A program made the translations under genes and the position numbers. From the human T2T-CHM13v2.0 reference genome, Homo sapiens: 64,000 nt of DNA. Numbering within the stretch: position 1 is the first letter of the stretch; every line of letters begins with the position of its first letter. The DNA lies in NCBI RefSeq assembly GCF_009914755.1, contig NC_060929.1; one strand, given 5' to 3'. A model generated the notes under the pieces. That model was not told the DNA's origin, searched no databases, and saw only the letters and a list, made by a program, of their open reading frames with translations. Shown here piece by piece: positions 1 through 14,187 of this stretch.

Positions 1-419
1 TCTCTGGTCTGGGCTTATTTGCAACCCAGCACTTCCAGAAATGCCCATCATTAGCTCAGGAGGATGAACTCCAAATAATCCACGTTCTATTTATCTCATT
101 ATTCTCTATATTTATGTATTCATTCAATACGTATATCTCCCATACGCCAGCACTATGCAGATGATAGGGACATCATTTTGAACAACAGAAAAACCACTGC
201 CTGAAGATACTGGGCCATGAAATTCTGTTCAAAGATATGTTTTGGCATTCATTTTGCAAATCTCTACATAGCATGAGGAGGAATGAAAAGAATAAATTAT
301 ATCCTTCACTTATTCATGCATTCGTTGTCCATTTATTTAAAAAACATTTATTGAGAATCTATTTTGTGATAGGTACTGCACCGAATGCCAGGAAAAACAA
401 GCATAAAAGATACAGGGTG

Positions 420-1150
420 TCCAGAAACCATCTGAAAAGGATGAATTTGACTACTCAAATATTTTAAAAGACTAAATGATAAAAAAAAATCCTAAACAAA
501 TTAAAATTTTTTGAAAAGTTTACACAAATGAGGAGAGTTCATTTTCTTAATATACTCAAAACATTAACATATCCATAAAAAATAAACTCCTCAAGATAAT
601 TGATTCAATGAGTCTTTGGAGGTAGGAGGGAACTGGCCCATAAATGTATGAAAGGTGACTAATTTTCTTTGCAATTAAATTAGATGGGGAAAATATGTTT
701 TTTGTGAATCTCAGGGTCAGTGTGTATAGAAATACAAGCATTTCTTGTGATGATGGTGGGATTGTAACTTAATATATTCTTTTTAGAAGACAGCTTGGCA
801 ATATTTATGAAAATTTTAAATTCAGTTTCACAGCTAAGACTTTATTCAATGGGTAAACTCACAAAGATGTTCAGGCACAAGGATGCCTGCAGTGTTATTT
901 GTATTAATTGTAGTAAAAACTGGAAATGACCCACAAGACTATCAATAGAGTTAAATGGGTTTTTAGACATAACATAATGCAATACTATGTGTCAAATAAG
1001 AATGATCATTATCTCTAGATCATGATCTGTATAAGCCCATACAAAAGGGCCCCAAGATACACTATTAAATTACAAAGAGCTTGGTGCAGAATAGTATTTG
1101 TAATACTCTCTCGGAGGATATGCAAGAAACTATTAACACTTTACTCCCGA
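420..1150 (+). mobile_element. Old L1 (L1ME-like) 3' fragment
   Basis: Diverged L1M 3' motifs: acagcttggcaatattt, aaaactggaaatgaccca, caatactatg. Confidence 0.55.
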
Positions 1151-1366
1151 CAGTCATGACCAAGCAATTAGAGTTGCCCCAGGTAACATCTATTTGCTAT
1201 CCTGCTCTGTCACATAACATTTACTGTAAGTAGAGCTCTCTCTGAGAAATGTGCTGGTCCAAGCTCTTTGAATATTTGTATACAGTTAAAATCAGGAAGA
1301 ACTGAAGATCACTGCAATTTTCAAAGGAATGAGGACTTTAAAAGGACAGCAGCAGCAAGGGAAAGG

Positions 1367-1480
1367 TAGGGTGACCAACTTGTCCTAATTTGTCCAAGAC
1401 TTTCCCAGTTTTAGCACTGAATGCCCCACATCCCAGGAAATCCCTCAGTGCCAGGCAAACTGGAACAGCTGATCACCCTC
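1367..1480 (+). mobile_element. MER81 (hAT-Blackjack MITE)
   Basis: tagggtgaccaac...ttttagcactgaa...gatcaccct: ~114 bp with terminal inverted repeats. Confidence 0.85.
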
Positions 1481-1907
1481 ACCTGCCTTGGGGCTGCTGC
1501 AGAGGCCTAAGCATGAACCGTAGACACAAGAGAAACTGAGAAACTTTCTTTCTGCCCCCATCCTGGCTTCCCTGTACCTCTGCCCAGATGCCAAAGAGTC
1601 CTCCTCACTTTCCCACAGCCACAACTCCCGACTTCCCTTGCACCTCTGTCCTTTGGTACAAAGATTTCTACGTTTGCGTTAGTGATGTGACCTCTTGGAT
1701 TAGGATTTCCAAAACTAGAAATGTTTTTGGAGTTTATGTAGGGTTTTACAGGAGAAAAGAAGCTATTGTGAAAGAACTGTGAGGGAAGGAATTGGATATA
1801 GGAACAAAAGTTATTTTGGGGGCTAGAAATCATAAATCTAAATGGGTTTTCAAGGCAAAGAAAAACTTCATGGTATAGATAGGAAAGGATACAGTATTAT
1901 TCATTAG

Positions 1908-2275
<368 letters not shown>

Positions 2276-2720
2276 TTAAGGGGGAAACTTTCAAGAGAGA
2301 AAAACGCCAACCCTGAGGGAATATGGGATTAAAAAATGTATCAGTAATTTATATGCTTCTGACACTTTCTATGTGACTCAGAATACTCTGCTGGGAATAG
2401 CTAATGGCAGAAAATTTCAATTATTCCCAGTTGCAGGTGCTGTGTTGTGAAAGGCACAATAGCCCCTAGCAACCCTAACGAGGTTAAAGGAACAGTCCCT
2501 GAGGAATCTCACTGTTAGTATCCATGGCAAGAGAAAAGCTAAACACTGGGGATACATATTACTTCACTTTTGTCCCTGAAATTGGGCAAAGTTTCAGATT
2601 TGAGAATGGCATCAGAAGTATAGCTGTTTAGTGCATGTGTTTCTCATCATAGTATTGATATTCATTTCACATATATTCCCACAGTAACCATTTACTGAAG
2701 GAAAGCCAAAGCCATTTTAG

Positions 2721-2990
<270 letters not shown>

Positions 2991-3169
2991 GATTACATTG
3001 TCTAAGACTTCCTACAGAAAGACAACTTCATTTGATATTATTCACAAGCCATCTAGTCTCTTGCCTTCAACATTTTTGGCCATGTAGTGGGTGGGTGTGC
3101 TCCTTTTTGCACTGATAGATCAGCAGCCATGCCACTTTTCTAAAACCATATTTATTTTGCCCCCTGTAT

Positions 3170-3620
3170 CATCCATTCAGTCATTTAACCAATATTTGCT
3201 AGGAAATGAGTGAGCCATTTTAGCTTGATTACATTTTCTGGGGTTTCATAGATGACTAAGATGTAGCGTCCACTCTCAGGAGTTAAGGATACATTAAGGA
3301 AGACAGATAAAACCAACTAATATTATGACATTGTAGGATGAAAGAGGTGTGTGAAAGATTTATGAAAGTATAGAGGAGGAATGCTTAAATTCGGGAGAAA
3401 TTCAGGAATAGCTATCTCAAGGGGCAAGTAGGTACCCTGCAGTTTCTATAAAAGGTGAAGGTAGGGAAGACTTACAGGGAGACTGAACAATATACGCAAA
3501 AGTTACAGAGGTGTGGGAGAGCTTGGCTTGATCAGGAAACTATACACTGCAGGCTAGAATCAATGAGTGCTTTGGAAGGAAGGGGATGCACATGGGAGAA
3601 AGGAACCTAGAAAGGTAAGT
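3170..3620 (-). mobile_element. L2 fragment
   Basis: Antisense L2 3' end (cattcagtcatttaaccaatatttg) followed by a purine-rich L2 body. Confidence 0.55.
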
Positions 3621-3948
3621 CGCAGACAATGAGGGAAAGGCAAAAGACAGGACATTTACATTTACTGAGCTTTTATTTTGTGCCAGGCTTTTTATGTTTG
3701 GTATCTCACACAATTACTCCAGTAACTTCCTGACAATGTTTGTTACTCCATTATGCAGATGAGGAAACAGAAGATGGGGAAGGTTATACCTGGGCTGACC
3801 CATTTTTTGAGGCCAGGTGTATCTAATACCAAAGACCCTGGTCATTTTACCGCAGAACATTGTTTCTAGAAGGAAGTTTAAACTTTACCCTGAAGGCACT
3901 GCAGACTCTGATGGACATCAACAGGAGAGAGGTATGATCATAATTGGA

Positions 3949-4229
<281 letters not shown>

Positions 4230-5039
4230 TTAACTCCATTTTAGAAAAAAACTAAAAAACTAAAAAAACTAAAAAACTGTCGTGTGGAGGAGGAGGAACT
4301 GAGAAACTGGGGGCTTTTCCTAGGATGACAGAGAAACATTTTCCTGCAACAAACTTCAATGTCTACCATCACATACATACAAGTCTAAGTTTCATAGGCC
4401 TTGATGTTGTCATTCTTGCATTTATGCCTAGAAACATGTAAGTCTGAGATGTAAATTGCAGAACTAAAGATGATGGATTCCAGAAACTCTGATCCACCTA
4501 AGAGAGGAGTAGGATTGTGGAAGGCACATAAGGGTAAAATAGTATCACATTTCTAAACTTGAAAAACTCAATTCAAATATGTGCAGATTCAGTCCCATAT
4601 GAACAGCCATGTTGGCTAGAGGACATCATACTTCTCAAGGGCAACAGAGATGCTGGGAGCAGATTAAGTAGTTATAACTTGCACCTGTGTAATTACTATA
4701 GCGAGTCACACTTCTGTCAAATGATCCTATTGCTTTAAAAGTTTGAGATGATGCCTGGTCTAAGAGCTTTCTTTAGCTGCATGTCTCAATGTGGCTATAA
4801 ATTTCAGTCAAGTCATGTCCTGCACATTGGGTCTAATTAAAGAACACAAGAGTGAGAAGGGCAGGGTATACACTCAGGGATGGTGGAGTTAGTTTATTTC
4901 TTGGATGGAAAATTTAACGGTCATTATAATGCCTCTTTGGGTTGGAAATACAGATTCTTATGTACACATTCATTTTGCACAAATGAAAATGGTAAACCAA
5001 AATCAGAGAGTGTTGAAGTTCTTAAACTAAAGACTACCT

Positions 5040-5600
5040 TATAGTGAGCTCTAGTAAAGAAGGTTAGAAACAATTTTTAAGAAAATTTAATAACAATATT
5101 TCAGAGAAAAATTTGTTACTGAATATTTTCCAGAAATAGTAACAAGACATCTGTATTCAAGTAGATACAAGTGATTGTACCAGAGGGTCAATATTTTGAG
5201 ATGGCAAGCACACATTCTTATCATAAAGATATGGTACAGGAACTAGAAGAGATGTAATATTCCTTGACGTGATTCTGTCATAAAAGGTTAACAATGTTAC
5301 ATCTTAGGGCCAAGGAGACAATCCTTTGAAGGTTGCAAAGGACTGGCTAGAGTCAGGAATCATCAGCGTATTCCTTTAAAGATAAAAATTATATATATGC
5401 ATACAAGTGCTACTTTTAAAATCAGGAATGATCTTCTATTTTTAGGGGCCAAAGAGAAGAGTTAAAAACTATAAATGGATATTTGACTTATGTGGCAGAA
5501 GAAAAGTTCAGAGGTTTCAGGATCTGCAGGTGAGAAGAAAATGTAAACTAAATGGCAATCTGTTCAGTGATTTTAAAATTCCTAACAAAATGCATTTCCT
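5040..5600 (+). mobile_element. L3/CR1 LINE fossil (reverse-transcriptase region)
   Basis: gatgtaatattccttgac (DVIFLD, cf. CR1 DVIYLDF) followed by gactggcta (DWL) resembles the CR1 RT; heavily decayed. Confidence 0.4.
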
Positions 5601-7104
5601 ACAAATGTTGCTACCTGAAAAGTAACAATTAGACATCCATTTATTTGTACTTACATAATAAAAATATTTCAGAGTAATGTATACCACTGTCTAAGTCTTT
5701 CTGTTCTTTATCTGTAGCCAAACCTACTTGCCCAAATTAGTTGTACTAAGAGTTTTCAGGCTGTTTACAACTGAAACCATCTTACAAAGTATTTTAGGCC
5801 ACATTTGTTTTGTTGATGAGGCCAAGAGAAGTGAAATAGTTTTTCCAGGGGCATGCAGTCTGTTATTAACAAAGTTAAGACTATGGACAATTTCAGGATC
5901 TTGTTCCTTGGTGTTTTGGAGGTTCTGAGGAAGTTGGTGAAAGGCTTCTCCTGGAAAGTAAATGTGGTTAAGAGCCAACCAGGTGAGGCTCCAGGCCTAC
6001 TGCCTCACTTCACCTAAAGCAGATGGGCTGTGTTACAGAGACTTATAGACCGGGCTTTTTTTGAAGACTATTTATTTGAAACATCTCTTCTGTCAAATGA
6101 ATTTTTAAATGCTAAATGAAATTTTTTAAATTTTAAATGAGTGGCCCACACTAATGTATTAGGCATGTGAAAGGGACGATGTTGTGGACATCGGCAGGCA
6201 GCCTACATGTTCCTGAAGGTCAGACCCGTAACCCATTCATCTTGGAATTTTCCTCACTTGGTGCCTTTTAAAAGGGGATTTAAAGGCAATAGGGTCTGGA
6301 GGTTCTTGCAGTTATAGCTTCAGGGGCTCCCTTCTGATCTTGCACAGTTTTCTAATTATTCCCTTGTTTTCTTCCACTGACCCATGGGATGTGGTTAACT
6401 TGTGTCTTCTAAGGCCAGCTGTGACTTTTTCCTTACCCACGTTACTTCCAAGTTGGGAACACAATCTTGCAACCTGGCCCCACCCTGTTGTCTCTGCACA
6501 AGCCTGAAAACTCAGGTAAATGAATGAATGAATGAATATTAGGCTGATAATAACTACAGGGAAAAAGATAAGAGGTAAGAAAAATAACAGTGATGAAATT
6601 AGCAGGCAATAGAGCCCCTAAATATCAAAGGAAGGTAAATGAGTTCATTCTAGCATTCCACTAGCCCTCTTAGGCTTTGTCATGATTGCTTTCTCTTTTT
6701 TCTGTTTACGTTAATATTTTGTTTCTGAAATGCATCTCATCCTTTCCTCCCTATAGAGTCTCCTAAATTGCTTTCTTTTCTCCCCAACCTTCATTTTTTC
6801 CTCCTTCACTTTCCCACTTTCAATTCTAATTTCCAATTAGATCACTTAGGTTTACAATAATCCCCAACACTACGTATTATTCCCATCTCAAAGCAAACTT
6901 TAGATTGTAACCTTCAAATTCAAAGTCCCTTATACAGTTTTATTCTGGAAAAGTTGACTTCAAGCAATTATTGATTGGCTTGACTTCTTGCTAAATTTTG
7001 CCTAAAGGCGAGCCTTTTTGAAATCACACAAAGGGTGGAAACCACACAAAAGTAGTGGTTCTCAAACTAGGTGGGAATTCATAATGGTTATAAAGAATGA
7101 AATG

Positions 7105-7390
<286 letters not shown>

Positions 7391-7524
7391 TTATTTGGGA
7401 GTTAGGTAAGGAGCACTGAAAAATATGTTCTAAAATTTATATTCATGAAAAATAACTGTATTTTTATTTTTAAAAAATAACATTTATTAATAGAGATTCT
7501 ATAGAGGAATGAAGTTACTTTTTA

Positions 7525-7685
7525 TTTCCTTTCTTTTCCTTTACTGTTTCCTTCTTTCCTTCCTTCCTTCCTTCCCTTACTTCCTGCCTCCATCCCTTCC
7601 TCCTTCCCTTCCTCCCTCCTTCCCTCCCTCCCTTCCTCCTTCCCTCCCTCTTTTCCTTCTTTCTTCCTTCCCTCCCTCCCTTCTC
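7525..7685. repeat. (TTCC/CCCT)n polypyrimidine simple repeat
   Basis: Direct reading. Confidence 0.95.
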
Positions 7686-7869
7686 ATCTTGGAATGAGAA
7701 TACACAAATCCTCAGTTAACTCTACACTTTTATTCAAACACAAACTTCAGTTGCCTTGACTAGTTTTACAGTAAGAATTTAATTTTGAAGAAAACAAAAA
7801 TTAAATGTCACTATCAATAAATCAACCTAAAGATCAAGTAGATGTATAGCATGGGCAGATATATCAATT

Positions 7870-8070
7870 TAATATAGGGATTAAGAGGTTGTGGAGTCAG
7901 CCTGACCCAGTCTGGACTTCAGCTGCACCGCTTACTGTGCATGTCCTTGAGCGAGTTAACTAAAATATACCACACATCCATCTGCAAGCATAGCAGTGAA
8001 GGTTAAATAATAATATGTACATGAAAAACTTGGACTGTGCATGGGACATAGTAAGTACTCAATAAATATT
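7870..8070 (+). mobile_element. MIR
   Basis: tggagtcagcctgacc...cttactgtg...catagtaagtactcaataaat. Confidence 0.7.
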
Positions 8071-10195
8071 ATAATTAATACAGTTTTGCAAAACATAGTA
8101 TCTCATACTGCTCACATCACTGCAAAGTGATAAAGCAAAGGACATCCCAATATCCTACCTAAGAAAATTAGTGTTCAGGCAATATTTAATTCATGTGCTT
8201 CTAGTGCTATTTATAATTATCTCATTCAAATGTCATTTTGTAACAAGTATTTGATGTCCCAGCTGACTTGATTCTAGACCTAGAACTTGGAACCAATAAT
8301 AAATTGGTGGGCTTTGAACTTGGAAAAGCTTGTGATAGAGTCTAAAGTTTTAATTCCACAGGGTTGATGTTGGTTCACTGCTTGTCACGATGTGCAATTG
8401 AAGCTGGCTATCAAAGCAGAATAAGGCAAAGGTACTTTAACTCCTTCACAATCACATGTTTTCACTTTAATCCAATTATAGCTGCTAGTCACATGCTTTA
8501 AAGATCGCAGATCCAAATAAAGAAACCATCGGGGGTTTCTCTATGGCTTATAAAGGAGCAACATCTTTTATGACTTTAATTAGTCTAATTTTCTATTGTT
8601 AAAGAGAAAAGAATTATCTGTCCTTAACTAAGGCAGTCAGTTGTGCACAAAGCCAAACGTGCTGTGGGTCAGGAGATGTGAGTTCTGACCTCTGACCAAC
8701 CATGACCTCTCTGAGTACTGAGACTAGTCACTGGCTGTCTCTGGTTTCACTTTCCTTGTTTCTAAAATCAATCCTTGCACTGATGATCAGTGAGATCCTT
8801 TCTAGCCATCATAGCCTATTATTTCATACAAAGTGATTTTTCCAGAATAACTAAAAAGCTGTAAATGGTATGTTCAGAGATGACAAAATGAGACAGTAAA
8901 TAAAGGGTAAACGTATGTCTCCAGAAAGCAAAAATAAATAAATAATACTCAATGAGAAAAAAGATGAGTGGTGTTTTGAATATTAACCTCTATGATATTT
9001 CAGTTATTAAAATTAGCTTCATAGTTAATTGGCTGATATAACAGGACTTTGTGTTTCTTAAGCAAGTATTTGTTAAACACTGATGAAGTCTGTAGTTTAT
9101 ATCTAAGCCCCATGAAGTTTACAACATTTGAGTTCAACAAAGTTTATCTTGCAGGAGCTTGCAATCAAGTAGATGAGTAAAAAGTACGGATTTAATATAC
9201 ATTGCTTAAAAGGTTACATATAAATCACATCAAGCCAAAATATCAGCCTAGTTAAGTTGCTTGACCCAGGGTTATAACTCGAATACACAGGTCTCTGGAT
9301 TTCCCTTTTAGAGACCGTATTCCCTTTAATAGGGTTTAATGGGGGGGGGGGGGAACCATCCAGAAGCTGATTGTTGTTATTGTTTTATAAATGTCTTTGT
9401 TCTTTTAAAGGTATGTTTAATATGCTGTTTTTATTACAGACTATGTATCCATGAAAAGTAAGTTTGAAAATGCAGAACATAGATTTTTTTTCTCAAAGAA
9501 AATAAAGGGTGAATTTAATGGAATGATCATTTTCAACTGGAAAGGTGTATTTGTTGAATGCTTTTTGTGAGCACTCAATAATTTAGCTTTTGGAGCATTC
9601 TCCATACAGTCTAATTTAATATTTGTAATGATCCATAGTGTTATCACTATCCCACATGACAGTAATGGAAATGAGGTTCCTGGAGGTCCAGTGATTTTTC
9701 TGAATTTACCAAGTAAATATTTGGGAAAGTGAAATTAAACCCAGGCTGGCAGGCTGGAAAATGTGTGCTCTTCCGAATCTTTCATCTTCTTCTGGTTCTT
9801 GGTGCTTCTCTGGAATTTTGCATACAGAGAGAAGGGGACAGGTTCTTTTCACTTTTGATGTACAGAGGTTATGAGAAAATAATCTTAAGAAATTTACTGA
9901 ACAGCTCGGTTACTAAAAATGTACATCTATCTTTCCGCATGATTTTTAAGAAGTGAGATTCCCAATGAATGGATTTAAAATGCAATTTTACATTCACCTA
10001 GAATGAATGTGCAGATCTTTCCTAAAGATATAAGAAATCGACTGAAGTAAGCAAGAAAAACACTATTCCGGAATTGCAAAGGGTATCCCTGAAGAGTATG
10101 TGTGAATGCCATAAAAGTTATACTATATCTAATATTATCGAGCCCTAATTGAAAGCCGCTGATTTCACCTACATAATTCCATGTCTGCGAAATCA

Positions 10196-10636
<441 letters not shown>

Positions 10637-11324
10637 CTAAAAAAAAATATACACATAACTGTAGGAAGCTTTCCTTTTCCTTTCTGATAGACACCTTTGA
10701 AATATTAACTTGGTCAGATTCAACCCTTCCTATGTTTTTAAGAGTGCTAGCCAATATGTATTTTGCTTGTATATGCATAAGATTTGTTTACATAATACAC
10801 AAGAAGCTGTTAATAATCGATCCTTTCTAGGGCACGTTTTGAATTTTGAAGCATACGAATCAATTATCTTTTAAAATATTTTCAATTAAAAAAAGTTCTA
10901 GGGTGGTACTACAGGCAAGGTATGATGGAAGTGCCACATTCTCAAAGCCACTGAAGAGAGCCAGTTGAAAGTTAGCAAATGAGTTAGTTGTTTCATCAAG
11001 AAATGGAAGTGGTCTGATTTTTTTTTTTTTCCAAATCAAATAATGCAGTACAGTGCAAATTCTTGAAAGATACTTTTATTTTCAAATTGTACTTGGAAGT
11101 TCTTCTTATTCTGATTCTGTTGAGCAGTGCAATAGGATTACATTGGTAGTATAATTGAATAAGGCTCTGTACAGAAAAACTATAAAAAACAATTGCCTAT
11201 TGCTTTATTTCCTGAGAAAAAAAATTACCTTTTGATAAAATAAGTAGAAATGCTGAAAAGAATGTATTCAAGTTAGAAGTATACTCCCCACTGAACACCT
11301 CTTTCACATTTCTGGCCCATATAG

Positions 11325-11639
11325 CAGGGATCCCCAACCTCCAAGCCACAGACTGCTTCCGGTCCATGGCCTGTTAGGAACCTGGTGGCACAGCAGGAAG
11401 TGAGCAGCAGGCAAGCGAGCATTACCACCTGAGCTTTATCTCCTGTCAGATCAGTGGGACTGTGAATCCTATTGTGAACTGTGCATGCGAGGCATCTAGG
11501 TTGTGCACTCCTTATGAGAATCTAATGCCTGATGATCTGAGGTGGTTTCATCCCAAAACCAACCCCTCTCCCCACCATCCATGGAAAAATTGTCTTCCAT
11601 GAAGCCAGTCCCTGGTGCCAAAAAGGTTGGGGACCACTG
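11325..11639 (+). mobile_element. MER1B (hAT-Charlie)
   Basis: TIRs cagggatccccaacc / ggttggggaccactg; 8-bp TSD ccatatag / ctgtatag, consistent with opposite-strand CpG decay of CCGTATAG. Confidence 0.92.
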
Positions 11640-13201
11640 CTGTATAGCTACAACACTCAAGAATACATGGCAGTTCCATTTAAATTTTAAAAATTGAATG
11701 TCTTTGGTTTAAAATATTGAATGGTTTTAAATATTCCTTATAATGCAAGACCACATCTTAAGCTACAATGGAGGGTAAAGGACAAAGGCTATATTTGAAA
11801 AGTAGAAAGGAAATACAAGAGTTTTCAGTTAAATTGGAAGATTTTTTTTAAAAAAAACCTCAAACATTTTCTAAACCCTCAAATTATTCCTAAGATGCAT
11901 TCAACTTTGAATACATTGATAAAATTCATTGCTTGACAAAGTTGCCTATATTTTTCATTGAATTGGGCAGTGGTGTGATTGAATTGGCCAAATCAGAACC
12001 TAGAGTGAGCATTCTATAAACTCACCTTTACTTTGATCCTTGAAGATCACAAGTTTTGATACTGTTGAAATCTCTACTCTTTCAACACTTTAATTAAATG
12101 GCATTTAGAATTTCATATACTTCTGTTGTTGTTTCCACAATCTTAAACTGGATTTAGAAATACTTATAATGTAAATGCAAGAGCTTTAACTTAGTAACTG
12201 TATTTCCTATTTTTTGTTGTTTTTCTTTTGCCAGAATTTCTGTTTGTCTACAATAAAGTCCAGCGAAATACAGTATTTGGTTAGGTTACTTGTTAACATA
12301 AAATTTTATCATTTGTAGAGTTTTTACTTAACCTTCCTATTCTCTAGTCTCTATAATCTTTCAATGAAGATAACCAGTTACGAATATCTCCTATACCATA
12401 TTAGGCCTGCCAGAATGTGATTTCTTGGTATAAAGTGATTTTCAAATGTTTTCCTAACTCAGTAGCCACTTCCATCATTTATATCTGAGTTATTTCCTCT
12501 TTTTCTTAATAGAGAAATGAATTGATATTCAAGCCAATAATTGATATTCAAGTGACATAGTTATGTCACTAATGAAGGTAACCCATCCTCAGCTAGGAAA
12601 AAAAAAATATGTATTTTCCAAAACTGCTGACTTTTACTTTGTTGTCAGTGACCTTGGAGTCCTGGTTCTATACTGTATAGGCTGTGTGACCTTATTTCAG
12701 TTGAGGGTAGAAGAGAAAAATTATATTGCAAAAGTGGGAAAGAAACACACTTATAAGATTTTCAGTGGAACTTGAGAGGACTTTTCATTTTTCTTTTTAC
12801 TATAACTCCTCAAACAGTATCTAAACCTTCAAGTTGTTGTTTCTCTCCTTCTCTAAGCTTCAGTGCTCTCATTTGTTTCATGGAGATAATAAAAAACATC
12901 TGTGCCTCATCTCATTTATAGCATGGAGACAATGACAATAGACCCACACCTCAAACAGTGTGGAGAGGGTGAAATGATGATGTAGAGAGAAAGCGTATCC
13001 CAGCACCTGCATGGTAACCACTCAGCACAAGTTATTTGTTATTGTTTTAATTGGTTACGAATTGTATTTTACATATAACCTGTCCTGTCTGGAATAAATC
13101 CATTACCAATGAAAACTTTTAAATAGGAACTCCGTAGATGATAGGTTATTCAATAAAGATCTACTGGAAATAAAACTGTTTTCCAAAATAAAATATATAG
13201 C

Positions 13202-13202
<1 letters not shown>

Positions 13203-13244
<42 letters not shown>

Positions 13245-13253
13245 CTGTGTGTG
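13203..13253. repeat. (TG)n microsatellite
   Basis: About 20 perfect TG units. Confidence 0.97.
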
Positions 13254-14153
13254 TACATACACATTTTAAAAAATTGATTCTGTTCTCAATAGCAGAAAAA
13301 AGTCTTTCCACTACCTTAAACCCACATTTGACTCAAATACACTAACGATATGTAACCACTGTTCAAAGGAAAAGCTGACGGACATTAGGCTGCGGAATCC
13401 TGCAATGCTTGTGCTCAGCTTGGGCCTGGGTGTCAGGATAGGAATAGGAGATGCCAGACCTGTTTGGTAGTAGTGGTAGTAGTCATTGCCTAACCTAGGC
13501 AATCATCAGCTCATGGGATTTGGTGCTTTAAGCAAAGGTGTTAATTATTCCCCTCCTCCCTTTTAGTACCATTTTCTCTTAAACTAACACCCATCTTTGG
13601 GCTTAACTAAGCAGAAAAGCAAACAGGGAAGAACCAGGTGGTTAAGGACCAGTGTCTTAAAGTAAATACTCTGTATTTGAGTCCAAAATGAATTTCAAAC
13701 TCAGGTTAGATGTTTCTTCTTAATCACTTAGGAGCCAGTAAGACTCTCTAAGCCTTCCTTCCTACGCTCTTTCACTAAAGGACCAGGTTCTTTCAGGTGC
13801 TATCCTATTTGGAATTTAATTTGCCCTAACATTTCTCCAAGAGCCATTACAGCACACCACATTGCTGTATCCCATTTAACTCCCAAACCGCAGAGAAGCT
13901 GGCTGCAGCATCAAACACTATTAAAAATACCACAAGGGAACCTTAGAGTGGGATTTCAGGCACAAGTTACAGCCTAAGGACAAACAGCGGTTGTAAAGAG
14001 CTTGAATGATACTGGAATGGAGATTTAGGAGAATTTTCAGAGTCTGAAAAAACAGTCCTTAAGATTTTAGTGTTGGTTCCTAGGGCTGGTTCTCCGTGGT
14101 TATATGGGTTAGTTAAAACATTAGAGTAACTTTGCCTTTCTCCCTCTCTCCTC

Positions 14154-14187
<34 letters not shown>

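Noticed and set aside
4243-4278. (AAAAAACT)x4 and short tandem duplications at 12519-12552 and 54409-54435
   Set aside because: Ordinary slippage repeats; no repeat-spacer (CRISPR-like) organisation.
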